DNA from: Candidatus Marinacidobacterium sp.
GTDB taxonomy: Bacteria; Acidobacteriota; Vicinamibacteria; Marinacidobacterales; Marinacidobacteraceae
Reading direction: 5' to 3'
Length of the DNA: 64,000 nt
Assembly: GCA_965220965.1 (NCBI GenBank)
Contig: OZ244852.1
Span: 960,001-1,024,000 of the forward strand
In this document: positions 49,902 through 59,798 of the stretch, piece after piece
Layout of the letters: every line of letters begins with the position of its first letter
Position numbering within the stretch: the stretch's first letter is position 1
Translations under genes and position numbers: made by a program
The notes under the pieces: generated by a model
What the model saw: only the letters and a program-made list of their open reading frames with translations
Database searches by the model: none
Told to the model about the DNA's origin: nothing

Positions 49902-51095
49902 TTGGCCACCTCCACCCCGAATCCGTCCAACCGCTGGCCGGTGACGGTGCTCGGCGCCGTCATGGGCGTCGGGCTGCTGGACCAGCAGGTCATCACGCCG
50001 CTCATCGCCTCGCTGGCCGCCGGACTCGATGTCTCCATTCCCGAAGTGGGCTGGGCCATTTCCACCTACGCGGTGGCGGCGTCGCTCGCGGCGCTGTTCG
50101 TCGGCCCGCTGTCCGACGCGACCGGACGGCGGCGGTGGGTGCTGCCCGCCGCCGCGCTTCTGGCGCTCTCGTCCGCCGCGATCGCGCTCTGGCCCTCCTA
50201 TGAGGTCTTTCTGCTGGCTCGCGTCGCAGCCGGCATGGCCGGCGGAACGATCTCGGTGGTGGCGGTCGCCTGGCTGGCCGATCTGGTTCCCTACGCCCGC
50301 CGCGGCCGCGCCATGGCGCTCGTCATGGGCGGCGCCATGGGAACCGCGGTCCTGGGGCAGGTGGCGGCCGCGTTCGCGGCGGCGCGGAGCGGCCACGAGA
50401 CGGCCTACGCCGGGCTCGCCGCGTTCGCGCTCGTGGCGCTGCTGCTGCTCGCGGGCCTGCGACGCGGGAAGGCGACCCCGGGCCAGGCGGGCGGCGTCGG
50501 CTGGCGCCGCAAGCTGGAGGACTACCTCGAGTTCGCCCGCACTCCGGCGCATCGCGCGGCGGCCCTCGGCGCGTTCTGCATGTCCGGGAGCCTCGTCGGA
50601 GTGACCGCCTACGCCTCCGGATGGATGCAGGAGGCGCGCGGGTTCACGGTGGAAGAGATCGGGCTCCTGTACGGAGGATTCGGGGCCGCCATCATGGTCG
50701 TCCAGCCGCTTTCCGGACCGCTGGCGGACCGATTCGGCAAGAAGCGCTTCGCGGTTGTGGCCTCCATCCTGGTCGTGGGAATCACCCTCGCGCTCCCCGC
50801 GCTCCCCGATGTCCTGCTGATCGTCGCGGTCTTCCTCTTCGGGTGCCTCACCGTCGCGCGGATCGCCGCCTTCGCCGCCCTGCGGAGCGAGCTCGTCGCG
50901 CCGGCGCGGCGGGCGGCGTTCCTCGCGTTCTCGAACACCTGCTCCCAGTTGGGAATCGCGGCCGCGGTGGCGATCGGCGGAATGCTCTATCCGGCGGGGT
51001 TCTGGCATGTCTGTCTGGCGATGGCGGGGTTCGGAGCCCTCGCCGCCCTCCTGATCGCCCGGGTGCCGGAACCGGGCGAACGTCCGGTTGCCTGA
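49902..51095 (+). CDS. MFS transporter
   Basis: About 12 hydrophobic segments, with motif A GPLSDATGRR and GPLADRFGKK. Confidence 0.9.
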   Translation: MATSTPNPSNRWPVTVLGAVMGVGLLDQQVITPLIASLAAGLDVSIPEVGWAISTYAVAASLAALFVGPLSDATGRRRWVLPAAALLALSSAAIALWPSYEVFLLARVAAGMAGGTISVVAVAWLADLVPYARRGRAMALVMGGAMGTAVLGQVAAAFAAARSGHETAYAGLAAFALVALLLLAGLRRGKATPGQAGGVGWRRKLEDYLEFARTPAHRAAALGAFCMSGSLVGVTAYASGWMQEARGFTVEEIGLLYGGFGAAIMVVQPLSGPLADRFGKKRFAVVASILVVGITLALPALPDVLLIVAVFLFGCLTVARIAAFAALRSELVAPARRAAFLAFSNTCSQLGIAAAVAIGGMLYPAGFWHVCLAMAGFGALAALLIARVPEPGERPVA

Positions 51096-52081
51096 TGCGA
51101 CGCAAACGACGGCGCGTCCTCTGGCTCGGAGTCTCCCTGCTGGTTGCGGCGGTCGCGGTCTGCCTCGCGACGCCGGTCGCGGTCGGCTACGCCCTGACGC
51201 GGCTGCCGGGGACCAGGCCCCAGGACCGGGCGCTGACCTCGACGCCGGCGGAGTCCGGCCTGGCGTACCGCACCGTGTTCCTGAGGACCGGGGACGGGGT
51301 CCGTATTTCCGGCTGGCTCATCCCCGCGCCGCGGCCCCAGGGGTGCTCGGTCGTCATGGCCCACGGACTCTTCCGCTCCCGGCGGGAGGTGCTGTCCAAG
51401 GCGGTCTGGCTGGCGGAGGACGGCTGCGCCGTGCTCGCCATCGACCTGAGGCGGCACGGAGAGAGCGCCGCTCTCGCGGGAGGACCTGACCTCCACACCT
51501 CGCTCGGGCTGTTCGAGAGTCAGGACGTCCTCGCCGGGGCGAAATTCCTCGCGGATCGCGCGCCCGGGGACCGTCTGTGGCTCTTCGGGATCTCCATGGG
51601 GGCCGCCGCCGCCGCGCGGGCGGGGGTCGTCGCTCCGGCGCCGCCGGCCGGCGTCGTCCTCGACAGCGTGTTCCGCAGCGTGCCCGCCGCCGTGGATCGC
51701 TACGCCGAGCTGCTGTTCGGACTGCCTCCCTTTCCGACCGGGGACCTGACGCTCCTCGGGATGCGTCTCTCGGCGGGTTTCCGGCCGGAAGAGATGGATG
51801 TCGAGCGGTACTCCCGGCGGCTCGGAGAACGGGGCGTCCCGGTCCTCGTGATCGCCGGGCTCGAGGACGAGCAGGCGCCGGCGGAGGCGCAGGTCGAGGT
51901 GTTTCACGCGAATCGTCATCCGGCGAGCCGGCTGCTCGAAGTCCCGGGAGCGACCCACGGACGCCCCTGTCTCGCGGCGCCATCCATCTGCCGGGAGACG
52001 GTGCGGTCCTTCTTCGGCCTCGCCGGCCCGGCTTCCCAGCCGACGCCGCCCGGGCGCTACGCCTACGATCCCGGCCCATGA
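51095..52081 (+). CDS. Membrane-anchored alpha/beta hydrolase
   Basis: N-terminal TM, HG, DLRRHGES, GISMG nucleophile elbow, and Asp/His candidates (GLEDEQ, GATH). TGATG overlap with the MFS gene. Confidence 0.85.
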   Translation: MRRKRRRVLWLGVSLLVAAVAVCLATPVAVGYALTRLPGTRPQDRALTSTPAESGLAYRTVFLRTGDGVRISGWLIPAPRPQGCSVVMAHGLFRSRREVLSKAVWLAEDGCAVLAIDLRRHGESAALAGGPDLHTSLGLFESQDVLAGAKFLADRAPGDRLWLFGISMGAAAAARAGVVAPAPPAGVVLDSVFRSVPAAVDRYAELLFGLPPFPTGDLTLLGMRLSAGFRPEEMDVERYSRRLGERGVPVLVIAGLEDEQAPAEAQVEVFHANRHPASRLLEVPGATHGRPCLAAPSICRETVRSFFGLAGPASQPTPPGRYAYDPGP

Positions 52082-53505
52082 CGACCCAGGCTCACGCCCA
52101 GGACCTGAACCTGGAGCGCAGCGTCCAGCGGCTGGTCCGGGACGCCGCGGACCGGCTCGGGCTCCCGGAAGGCCTTCGCGACCAGATCGCGGTGACCGAC
52201 TCCATCTACGTCACGAACTTTCCGATCAAGTTCGGAGACCGGGTGGAGGTCTTCTCCGGATGGCGCGCCGAACACAGCCATCACCGCCATCCGCTGAAGG
52301 GCGGACTCCGGTACAGCCCGCTGGTGAGCCAGCAGGAAATCAGCGCCCTCTCGGCGCTGATGACCTACAAGTGCGCGCTCGTCCGGGTGCCGTTCGGGGG
52401 GTCCAAGGGGGGAATCCGGTTCGACCCTCGCCGCTACAGCGCCGATCAGGTGGAGCGGATCACCCGCCGGTACACCGCGGAACTGATCCGCAAGAACATG
52501 ATCGGCCCCGGCGTGAATGTGCCGGCGCCCGACCTCGGGACCGGCCCGAGGGAGATGGCCTGGATCGCCGACACGTATGACGCCATGCATCCCGGCGGAA
52601 TCGACAACTTCGCCTGCGTCACCGGAAAGCCGGTGAGCCAGGGAGGCATCCGGGGCAGGGGCGACGCCACCGGGCGCGGGGTGGTGCTGGGCCTGGCCCG
52701 GGCGCTCGAGTTCCCGGAGGACTTCCCCGGGAGCGGGCTGACCCGTGGTCTCGCGGACAAGCGGGTCGCGGTGCAGGGCTTCGGGAACGTCGGCCACCAC
52801 ACCGCCGCGATCCTCTCGCGGGCCGGGGCCCGGGTGGTCGCCATCGGGGAGTGGGACGCCACCCTGCGCCGGGCGGAGGGCCTCGACATCGAAGCCCTCG
52901 ACGCCTGGCGGCGCGAAGCGGGGACGGTGAAGGGCTTTCCCGGCGCCGACGAGGAACTCGAGCCCGCGGCGGTGCTCGAGAGCGACTGCGACGTCCTGAT
53001 CCCGGCCGCGATCGAAAACGTCCTCCATCCGGAGACCGCCGCCCGGGTGAAGGCGAAACTGGTCGCCGAAGCGGCGAACTCCCCCACGACGCCGGCCGGG
53101 GACCGGGTGTTGCGGGAGCGCGGGATTCCGGTGCTTCCGGATGTGTTCCTCAACGCCGGCGGCGTCATCGTCTCCTACTTCGAGTGGGCCCGCAACCTCT
53201 CCCACATGCGCTTCGGGCTCATGGAGAAGCGGCTGGAGACCGCGAACACGAACGCCCTGCTGAGCGCGGTGGAGACGCTGGCCGGACGCCAGTTGAGCCC
53301 GACGGTGCGCCAGAACCTGGTCATCCAGCTCGACGAGAAGGAGCTGGTGCTCAGCGGCCTCGAAGAGAAGATGACGAACGCCTACGACGAGATCCGGGAG
53401 ACCGCCGCCCGCGAGGGGCTGTCCCGCAACCTTCGGCTCGCCGCCTACATGGTGGCGCTCGAGAAGATCCGGCGTTCCTACGAAGAGCTGGGAATCTTCC
53501 CCTGA
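52078..53505 (+). CDS. Glu/Leu/Phe/Val dehydrogenase (glutamate dehydrogenase)
   Basis: KGGLRY, MTYKCA, PFGGSKGG, VPAPD, QGFGNVG and NAGGVIVSYFEW. Confidence 0.93.
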   Translation: MTTQAHAQDLNLERSVQRLVRDAADRLGLPEGLRDQIAVTDSIYVTNFPIKFGDRVEVFSGWRAEHSHHRHPLKGGLRYSPLVSQQEISALSALMTYKCALVRVPFGGSKGGIRFDPRRYSADQVERITRRYTAELIRKNMIGPGVNVPAPDLGTGPREMAWIADTYDAMHPGGIDNFACVTGKPVSQGGIRGRGDATGRGVVLGLARALEFPEDFPGSGLTRGLADKRVAVQGFGNVGHHTAAILSRAGARVVAIGEWDATLRRAEGLDIEALDAWRREAGTVKGFPGADEELEPAAVLESDCDVLIPAAIENVLHPETAARVKAKLVAEAANSPTTPAGDRVLRERGIPVLPDVFLNAGGVIVSYFEWARNLSHMRFGLMEKRLETANTNALLSAVETLAGRQLSPTVRQNLVIQLDEKELVLSGLEEKMTNAYDEIRETAAREGLSRNLRLAAYMVALEKIRRSYEELGIFP

Positions 53506-53545
53506 CCGTCACTGTTTCACCGGCGCGGCGGCGGATGGTCTGCGG

Positions 53546-54079
53546 ATGACTCTCGCGAACCAGCTCACGGTCCTCCGGCTGCTGTTGGCGCCGGCGGTGG
53601 TGGTGAGCATCCTCTACGGCCGGTTCGGCTGGGCCCTCGCCGCGCTCACCGCCGCCGGCCTCACCGATCTGTTCGATGGCGCGATCGCCCGCCGACGCAA
53701 GGAGCACTCCCGCCTGGGGGCGCTGCTCGATCCCCTCGCCGACAAGGTGCTCATCGTCTCCGCGGTGGCGGCGCTCGCCGCCCCGATCGACGCGGTCACG
53801 GTGCGGATCCCGGCCTGGATCGCAACCCTGGTGCTCGCCCGCGACGCGACGATCGTGATCGTGGCCGGGACCTACAACCTCGCTGTCGGACGGCGCGATT
53901 TCCTCCCCAGCCGCCTGGGGAAGTGGGCGACCGTCACGAACGTGGCCGGGATCTTCTGGATCCTGGTCGCCAACCTGCTCCGGCTGCAGCACCCGTTCAC
54001 CACCGTCCTGCTGGGCGCCATGGTGGCGCTCACGCTGCTGACTTCCGCCCAGTACCTGTGGAGGGCGCGGGAGCTCTGA
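53546..54079 (+). CDS. Second CDP-alcohol phosphatidyltransferase
   Basis: ANQLTVLR, TDLFDGAIARR..SRLGALLDPLADK, RD and PSRLGK. Confidence 0.85.
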   Translation: MTLANQLTVLRLLLAPAVVVSILYGRFGWALAALTAAGLTDLFDGAIARRRKEHSRLGALLDPLADKVLIVSAVAALAAPIDAVTVRIPAWIATLVLARDATIVIVAGTYNLAVGRRDFLPSRLGKWATVTNVAGIFWILVANLLRLQHPFTTVLLGAMVALTLLTSAQYLWRAREL

Positions 54080-54083
54080 GCCG

Positions 54084-55982
54084 CTATCGCCTCCGCAACT
54101 GGGGGGCGATCGCGACGAGCGTCACCGCCGCGCCGGCGAGCCGGACGGTCGGCTCCGGGAACAGCAGAAGGAGCGCGCCGAGTCCCGCCGCCACCCGCGT
54201 CCCCGCGCCGGCCCGGCGCAGGCCGTAGCCGTAGAGCGCGACCGCGAGACCGGCCATCGCCACCAGTCCGCCGGCGAAAGCGAGAACCTGAGCGAGCCCC
54301 GGCGCCGCGCCCTCCGGGGGCAGCAGAGGCGTGTAGGCCATCAGCAGCGGCACGACGAAGAGACCCAGAGCGAGCCGCACCGCCTGCGTCGCCGTCGCCA
54401 TCGGGCGCCCTCCCGCCACCCCGGCGCCGGCGAACGCCGCGAGCGCGATGGGCGGGGTCACGTTCGAGGTCTGCGAGAGCCAGAACAGGATGAGGTGTGC
54501 GGTGAGCAGGGGCACGCCGAGCGCGGTGAGCGACGGCGCAGCCACCACCGCCACCACGATGTAGGCGGCGGTGACCGGGAGTCCCATCCCGAGAATCAGC
54601 GCCACCAGCGCCGACAGGCCGAGCGCCGGGAGCAGTGAGCCCTGGGCCGCTCCGAGAAGGAGTTCCGCGAACTGGAGGCCGACGCCCGTCTGCCCGATCA
54701 CGCCCACCACGATCCCGGCGGCGGCGCAGGCCAGGGAGACCGGGACCGCGGTCACCGCCCCCCGCGCCAGCCCGTCGAGAATCTTTCCGGGCCCCACCCG
54801 GGTGCGGCGCCGGAGCGCTCCGGCGCCCACCACCGCCAGACACCCGGCGGCCCCGACCAGCGGCGGCGAGTAGTTCATGAGCAGCAGCGCGACGACGACC
54901 CCGACCGCGGCGAGGAAGTGCGCCCCCTCGGCGAGCGTCGCAAGGATCGAGGGGCGCGACTCCATCGCCGCGATCCCGCGCCGGACCGAGAGTCCGTGGA
55001 CGAACAGCAGCGTTCCCGCGAAGAAGAGCGCGGCGGGAAGCAAAGAGACGACGACGATCCGGGTGTAGGGGGTGTTCGTCAGCTCGGCCATCAGGAACGC
55101 CCCGGCGCCCATGATCGGCGGCATGAGCTGCCCGCCGGTGGAGGCCGCCGCCTCGATGCCTCCCGATTCCTCCCGGGAGAATCCGAGCCGCTTCATCATG
55201 GGGATCGTCAGCGCGCCGGTGGTCACGGTGTTCGCGATCGCCGATCCGGAGACCGAGCCCATGGCGGCCGACGCCATGACGGCCGCCTTGGCCGGCCCCC
55301 CGCGCGACCGGCCGGCGGCGGCGAAGGCCAGGTGGATGAAGAACCGGCCGCCGCCGGTCGACTCGAGGAGAGCCCCGAAGAGAACGAACACGAAGACCGT
55401 GCTCGACGCGACGCCGATGGGGAGGCCGAACAGTCCGGCGCCGGTGAAGACCTCGAAGCGGACGATGCGCTCCAGCTCGAATCCGCGGTGGGCCAGGAAA
55501 CCGGGGAGATGGGACCCGAAGGCGTTGTAGGCGAGGAAGACCGCCACGACGCCGGTCATGACCGCGCCCACCCGGCGCCGCGTCGCCTCGAGGAGCAGCC
55601 CGAGCAGCAGCGCGCCGGCGGCCAGATCGAGGGGGTCGAGGCCATGGAGGATGTGCCCGATCCCCTGCCGGTCGAACCGGATCACCCAGATCCCCGCCAG
55701 GACCGAGGTTCCGGCGAGCGCCAGGTCGAGAGCTGACGGCCGGAATCCGCGCCGGCCGGCGGAGGACGCCGAGGGAACCAGAAAGCCCAGCGCCAGGATC
55801 CAGGTCAGGTGGATGGGCCTCAGCCACGTCGCGCCGAGGGAGCCGGTAACCGCCTGCCAGAGCTGGAACAGGGAAAGGCCCGCGCCCAGCAGCAGGATCA
55901 GCGTGGGGAGCGGCGGGCGCTCGCCCTCCGGCTGCGGTGGAAGGGCGCTCCCGGGAGCCGGCGCGGCGCCGGAACCGCTCAG
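54084..55982 (-). CDS. TRAP transporter 4TM/12TM fused permease (TAXI type), probable CTG start
   Basis: GGPAKAAV, SGSAIANTVTTG, EAAASTGGQLMPPIMGAGAF, GMGLP and TPPIALAA. The frame stays open with three more TM segments up to CTG 55982. Confidence 0.88.
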   Translation of the reverse strand: MSGSGAAPAPGSALPPQPEGERPPLPTLILLLGAGLSLFQLWQAVTGSLGATWLRPIHLTWILALGFLVPSASSAGRRGFRPSALDLALAGTSVLAGIWVIRFDRQGIGHILHGLDPLDLAAGALLLGLLLEATRRRVGAVMTGVVAVFLAYNAFGSHLPGFLAHRGFELERIVRFEVFTGAGLFGLPIGVASSTVFVFVLFGALLESTGGGRFFIHLAFAAAGRSRGGPAKAAVMASAAMGSVSGSAIANTVTTGALTIPMMKRLGFSREESGGIEAAASTGGQLMPPIMGAGAFLMAELTNTPYTRIVVVSLLPAALFFAGTLLFVHGLSVRRGIAAMESRPSILATLAEGAHFLAAVGVVVALLLMNYSPPLVGAAGCLAVVGAGALRRRTRVGPGKILDGLARGAVTAVPVSLACAAAGIVVGVIGQTGVGLQFAELLLGAAQGSLLPALGLSALVALILGMGLPVTAAYIVVAVVAAPSLTALGVPLLTAHLILFWLSQTSNVTPPIALAAFAGAGVAGGRPMATATQAVRLALGLFVVPLLMAYTPLLPPEGAAPGLAQVLAFAGGLVAMAGLAVALYGYGLRRAGAGTRVAAGLGALLLLFPEPTVRLAGAAVTLVAIAPQLRRR

Positions 55983-56944
55983 GGCGGCCCCTCCCGACGC
56001 GCCGCCCGGGCCTCCTCGTAGAAGGCCTGGGCCCCGGGGTGGAGGGGCAGGCTCCCCACCTCGGGGACGCTGTCGAGGCGCAGGAAGTCGGCGTTCCGGG
56101 TGACGCTGCGGAACTCCTCGCGTCCGGCGAGCAGCGAGCGCGCGAATCCGTGGGCGATGTCGCGCGGGAGGTCCCGGTGCACGAAGAGGAGGTTCCAGAG
56201 CGATGGAGTCAGCGTGGGCTCGTCCACCCCGCGATAGACCCCGGGGGGCACTTCAATGCCCTGATAGGCGGGGTTGTCGGCCTCGATGGCGGCGATCTCT
56301 TCGGGCGTGAACGGGACCAGCACCAGATCCCTCGTGAGGCCGAGCTCCACAACGGACGCCACCCCGAGGCCGGCGGCGAGGAACACCGCGTCGAGCGCGC
56401 CGTCCTTGAGTCCGTTGATGCTCTGGTTGTAGTTCATCTGCCGCACCCGGATATCGGATTCGGCGATGCCCAACGCGCGCAGCACGTTCCGCGCTGTGAC
56501 CTCGTTGCCCGAACCCGGGGGCCCCACCGACACCCTTGCGCCGCGCAGGTCCTCCACCGACTGCACGCCGCGCCCCGCCACGCTGAGCAGATGCACGATG
56601 TTGGGATACACCCGGCCCAGCACCCGGAGCGGAAGGGGCTCCGGGAAGCGCCCGGCGCCCCGGAAGGCGTCGGAGACCGCGTCCGCCTGGCCGAAGCCGA
56701 TGTCGCTCTCTCCCTTCGCCACCTGGATCAGGTTGGTGACCGACCCGGCGCTCACCTCGGCGCGCACCACGACTCCGGGCACGTCCCGGGTCCACCGGCT
56801 CGCCACCGCGCCGCCCAGCGGGTAGTAGATCCCGGCGGTGGTCCCGGTCGCGAGCGCCATCGGCCGCGGCCGGTCGTCGGCGCAGCCGGCGATGAGCGCG
56901 GCAAGGGCCAGCGCAGGCGCCAGACGCCCCCGGGAGCCCCGCAT
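55979..56944 (-). CDS. TAXI-family TRAP solute-binding lipoprotein
   Basis: Lipobox IAGC, ATGTTAGIYYPLG, SAGSVTN, GPPGSG and PLHPGA..FY. Confidence 0.92.
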   Translation of the reverse strand: MRGSRGRLAPALALAALIAGCADDRPRPMALATGTTAGIYYPLGGAVASRWTRDVPGVVVRAEVSAGSVTNLIQVAKGESDIGFGQADAVSDAFRGAGRFPEPLPLRVLGRVYPNIVHLLSVAGRGVQSVEDLRGARVSVGPPGSGNEVTARNVLRALGIAESDIRVRQMNYNQSINGLKDGALDAVFLAAGLGVASVVELGLTRDLVLVPFTPEEIAAIEADNPAYQGIEVPPGVYRGVDEPTLTPSLWNLLFVHRDLPRDIAHGFARSLLAGREEFRSVTRNADFLRLDSVPEVGSLPLHPGAQAFYEEARAARREGPP

Positions 56945-56981
56945 CCGGCCGATGGTACCCGGCCCTCGCGCTGACGACGGA

Positions 56982-59711
56982 TCAGGAACCAGCCGACGGC
57001 TCCTCCCGGTTCAGCCGCCGGCGGAGCCGATAGAGCAGATCCAGCGCATCGCGGGGCGTGAGACGGTCCGGGTCGATGCTCCGGATCTCCCGGGCGACGG
57101 CGGTTTCGAGCGGCGCCGGCCCCGGGTCGCTTCGCGGCGCGTCCTCCGCCGGCGTCTCGAGCCCGCTGGAGTTCGCGGCGAGCCCGTCCAGAACCTCCCG
57201 GGCGCGGCGGACCACCGCATCCGGGACCCCGGCGAGGCGCGCCACCTGGATCCCGTAGCTGCGGGGGTTGCCTCCCGGCGCGACCCGCCGGAGGAAGGCG
57301 ATCGTGTCGGCGTGCTCGCGCGCTTCCACGTGGAGGTTCACGACCCCCGGCTCGCGTTCCGCGAGTTCGGTGAGCTCGTGGTAGTGGGTGGCAAAGAGCG
57401 TCTTCATGCGCAGGGAGGGGGAGCGGGCGATGTGCTCCACGACCGCCCAGGCGAGCGAAAGCCCGTCCCACGTCGCGGTGCCCCGTCCCACCTCGTCCAG
57501 CAGCACGAGGCTCCTCGAGGTGGCGTGGTGAAGGATGTGCGCCGTTTCCTCCATCTCGGTCAGGAAGGTGGAGCGTCCCCGCGAGAGATCATCCGAAGCC
57601 CCCACCCGGGCGAACACCCGATCCACCAGCGGCAGGCGGGCCCGTTCCGCGGGCGCGAACGAACCCGCCTGCGCCATCACCACATGGAGCGCCGTCTGGC
57701 GGAGGAAGGTCGACTTCCCGCCCATGTTGGGCCCCGTCAGGACGACGAGGAACCGGTCCGAGGCGAGCGACAGGTCGTTCGGAACGAACGCGTCCTCGGT
57801 GAGCGTTTCCACCACCGGATGCCGCCCGCCCCGCACCTCGAGGTCGTAGCCGGCATGCATTTCGGGCCGCACATAGCCGCGGGAGGCGGCCAGCGCGGCG
57901 AATCCGACCGCCACGTCCACCTCGGCGAGCGCGCCCGCCCGTTCGAGCAGCTCGGCGCCCGCCGCGCTGACGTGATCCTCGAGCTCGCGGAACAGGTCCG
58001 CCTCGAGCGCCGCGATGCGCTCCTCGGCGGTCGCCACCCGGGATTCGAACTCGCGGAGTTCCTCGGTGACGAAGCGCTCCGCGTTGAGCAGGGTCTGCCG
58101 CCGGTGGTAGTGCTCCGGAACCCGGTCGGCGAACGCCTTGCTTACCTCGATCGTGTACCCGAACACCTTGTTGTAGCGAACCTTCAGCGAGGCGATTCCC
58201 GTCCGGTCGCGCTCTCTCACCTCGACGCCCCGGATCGTCTCCCGGACATCGCGCCGCAACCGCCTCAGATCGTCGAGCTCGGGGGACACCCCCTCGCGGA
58301 TCACGCCCCCCTCACGAGCGAGGGTCGGCGCGTCGGGCGCCACCGTGGCCTCGATCCGGCTCGCGATCTCGGGAAGCGGATCCAGCCGCTCCCGTAGCTC
58401 GCGAAGCTCCGCCGCGGTCGCTGGCGCGAGCGCCTCCCGGAGTCTTCCGGCGGCGCGCAGCGCCGAAACGATGCGCAGGTGCTCCCGGGGCCCGGCGACC
58501 CGCAGCGCCGCCCTCGAGGCGAGCCGCTCCAGATCGGGGCAGTTGGCGAGAGCGGCCCCCGCATCCTCCCGCAGGCTCCGCGCTTCCAGAAGGTTCTCGA
58601 CCGACTCGTGGCGCCGTTCGATGGGCGCCTGCTCCACGAGCGGCTGCGCCAGCCGCCGGCGCAGCAGCCGGGCCCCCATCGCGGTCGCGGTGCGATCCAG
58701 CGTCCGGACCAGGGTGGCGTCGCGCGCCGAGGCGGCCGGGTCCGGCGAGAGCGGCTGGAACAGCTCCAGATTGCGCTGGGTCACCGCGTCGAGGACCATC
58801 CGGCGCGTGTCGTCGAGGCGCTTCAGCCGGACCAGGTGGCGAACCTGGCTCCGCTGGGTTTCCGCCAGATAGGTCACCGCCGCTCCGGCGGCGGCGATCG
58901 CGGCCGGCGAGCCCTCGACCCCGAACGACTCGAGCGACGCCGTCCGGAAGTGCCGGAGCAGGGCCTCCCGGGCGTGATCGGGTTCGAACCAGAACCCGGG
59001 GCGGAACGTGCAGACCGGCTCGTCGCCGGGGGCCGGCGGCCGGAGGTCCGGGGGAGAGCCCTCGGCGAGCAGGAGCTCGCGGGGGCGAAAGGAGGCGGCG
59101 GCCTCGGCGAGGTCGCGGCGCCGGGTGGAGGACGCGAACTCGGCTGCGGTGAAGTCGCCGGTCGAGAGGTCCACCCAGGCGGCGCCGAGGCGGGGTTCGC
59201 GTCCGGCGTCGAGCTCCGCGATCGCCATCAGGTAGGCCGCCTCCGCCCCGTCGAGGTAGGCGGGGTCGAGCCAGGTGGCGGGCGTCGCCACCCGGACGAT
59301 CTCGCGCCGCACCGGCCCCTTCGACCTGCCGGCCGGCTCCACCTGATCGCAGACGGCGACGCGGAGGCCCGCGCGCACCAGCCGCGCGATGTAGGTCTCG
59401 GCGGCGTGCCACGGCACCCCGGCCATCGGAATCGGGACGCCGTGTTCGTCCTTCTGGCGCGACGAGACGGCGATGTTCAGGATCTCCGCCGCCTTCGTCG
59501 CATCCTCGTAGAAGACCTCGTAGAAGTCCCCCATCCGGAAGAACAGCAGCGCGTCCCCGGCCTCCCGCTTCAGCTCGAGGTATTGCCGCATTGCGGGCGA
59601 CGCGCCGCCGGCGCGGCGGGCGGCTCGCGGCGGCCGGCGACGGGGCTCCTCCGGCGACGCCTCGGCGGGTCGCTTTCCCACCGGGAAGAGGCGCAGCGGG
59701 ACGGACTCCAC
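56982..59711 (-). CDS. mutS: DNA mismatch repair protein MutS
   Basis: SPAMRQY, FRMGDFYE, GPNMGGKST, STFLTEM, DEVGRGT and ATHYHEL. Confidence 0.97.
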   Translation of the reverse strand: MESVPLRLFPVGKRPAEASPEEPRRRPPRAARRAGGASPAMRQYLELKREAGDALLFFRMGDFYEVFYEDATKAAEILNIAVSSRQKDEHGVPIPMAGVPWHAAETYIARLVRAGLRVAVCDQVEPAGRSKGPVRREIVRVATPATWLDPAYLDGAEAAYLMAIAELDAGREPRLGAAWVDLSTGDFTAAEFASSTRRRDLAEAAASFRPRELLLAEGSPPDLRPPAPGDEPVCTFRPGFWFEPDHAREALLRHFRTASLESFGVEGSPAAIAAAGAAVTYLAETQRSQVRHLVRLKRLDDTRRMVLDAVTQRNLELFQPLSPDPAASARDATLVRTLDRTATAMGARLLRRRLAQPLVEQAPIERRHESVENLLEARSLREDAGAALANCPDLERLASRAALRVAGPREHLRIVSALRAAGRLREALAPATAAELRELRERLDPLPEIASRIEATVAPDAPTLAREGGVIREGVSPELDDLRRLRRDVRETIRGVEVRERDRTGIASLKVRYNKVFGYTIEVSKAFADRVPEHYHRRQTLLNAERFVTEELREFESRVATAEERIAALEADLFRELEDHVSAAGAELLERAGALAEVDVAVGFAALAASRGYVRPEMHAGYDLEVRGGRHPVVETLTEDAFVPNDLSLASDRFLVVLTGPNMGGKSTFLRQTALHVVMAQAGSFAPAERARLPLVDRVFARVGASDDLSRGRSTFLTEMEETAHILHHATSRSLVLLDEVGRGTATWDGLSLAWAVVEHIARSPSLRMKTLFATHYHELTELAEREPGVVNLHVEAREHADTIAFLRRVAPGGNPRSYGIQVARLAGVPDAVVRRAREVLDGLAANSSGLETPAEDAPRSDPGPAPLETAVAREIRSIDPDRLTPRDALDLLYRLRRRLNREEPSAGS

Positions 59712-59798
59712 GGCGAACGATGCTACCTACCTCGCCACGGAGCCCCCAACGGCCTAGAGTGTTCAGGCTAGAGCCCTTCGCGGGAGGCCTCCGGATCC

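Noticed and set aside
46913-50203. Very long alternative-frame and antisense ORFs (also 2840-5197, 7054-9393, 23951-26611, 44067-46931)
   Set aside because: They overlap well-supported genes, are Arg/Ser/Pro/Ala-rich and carry no motifs. Such shadow ORFs are expected in high-GC DNA.
55686-55982. TRAP permease as a truncated or frameshifted pseudogene
   Set aside because: The frame is continuous with no stop. A CTG start explains the missing N-terminus.
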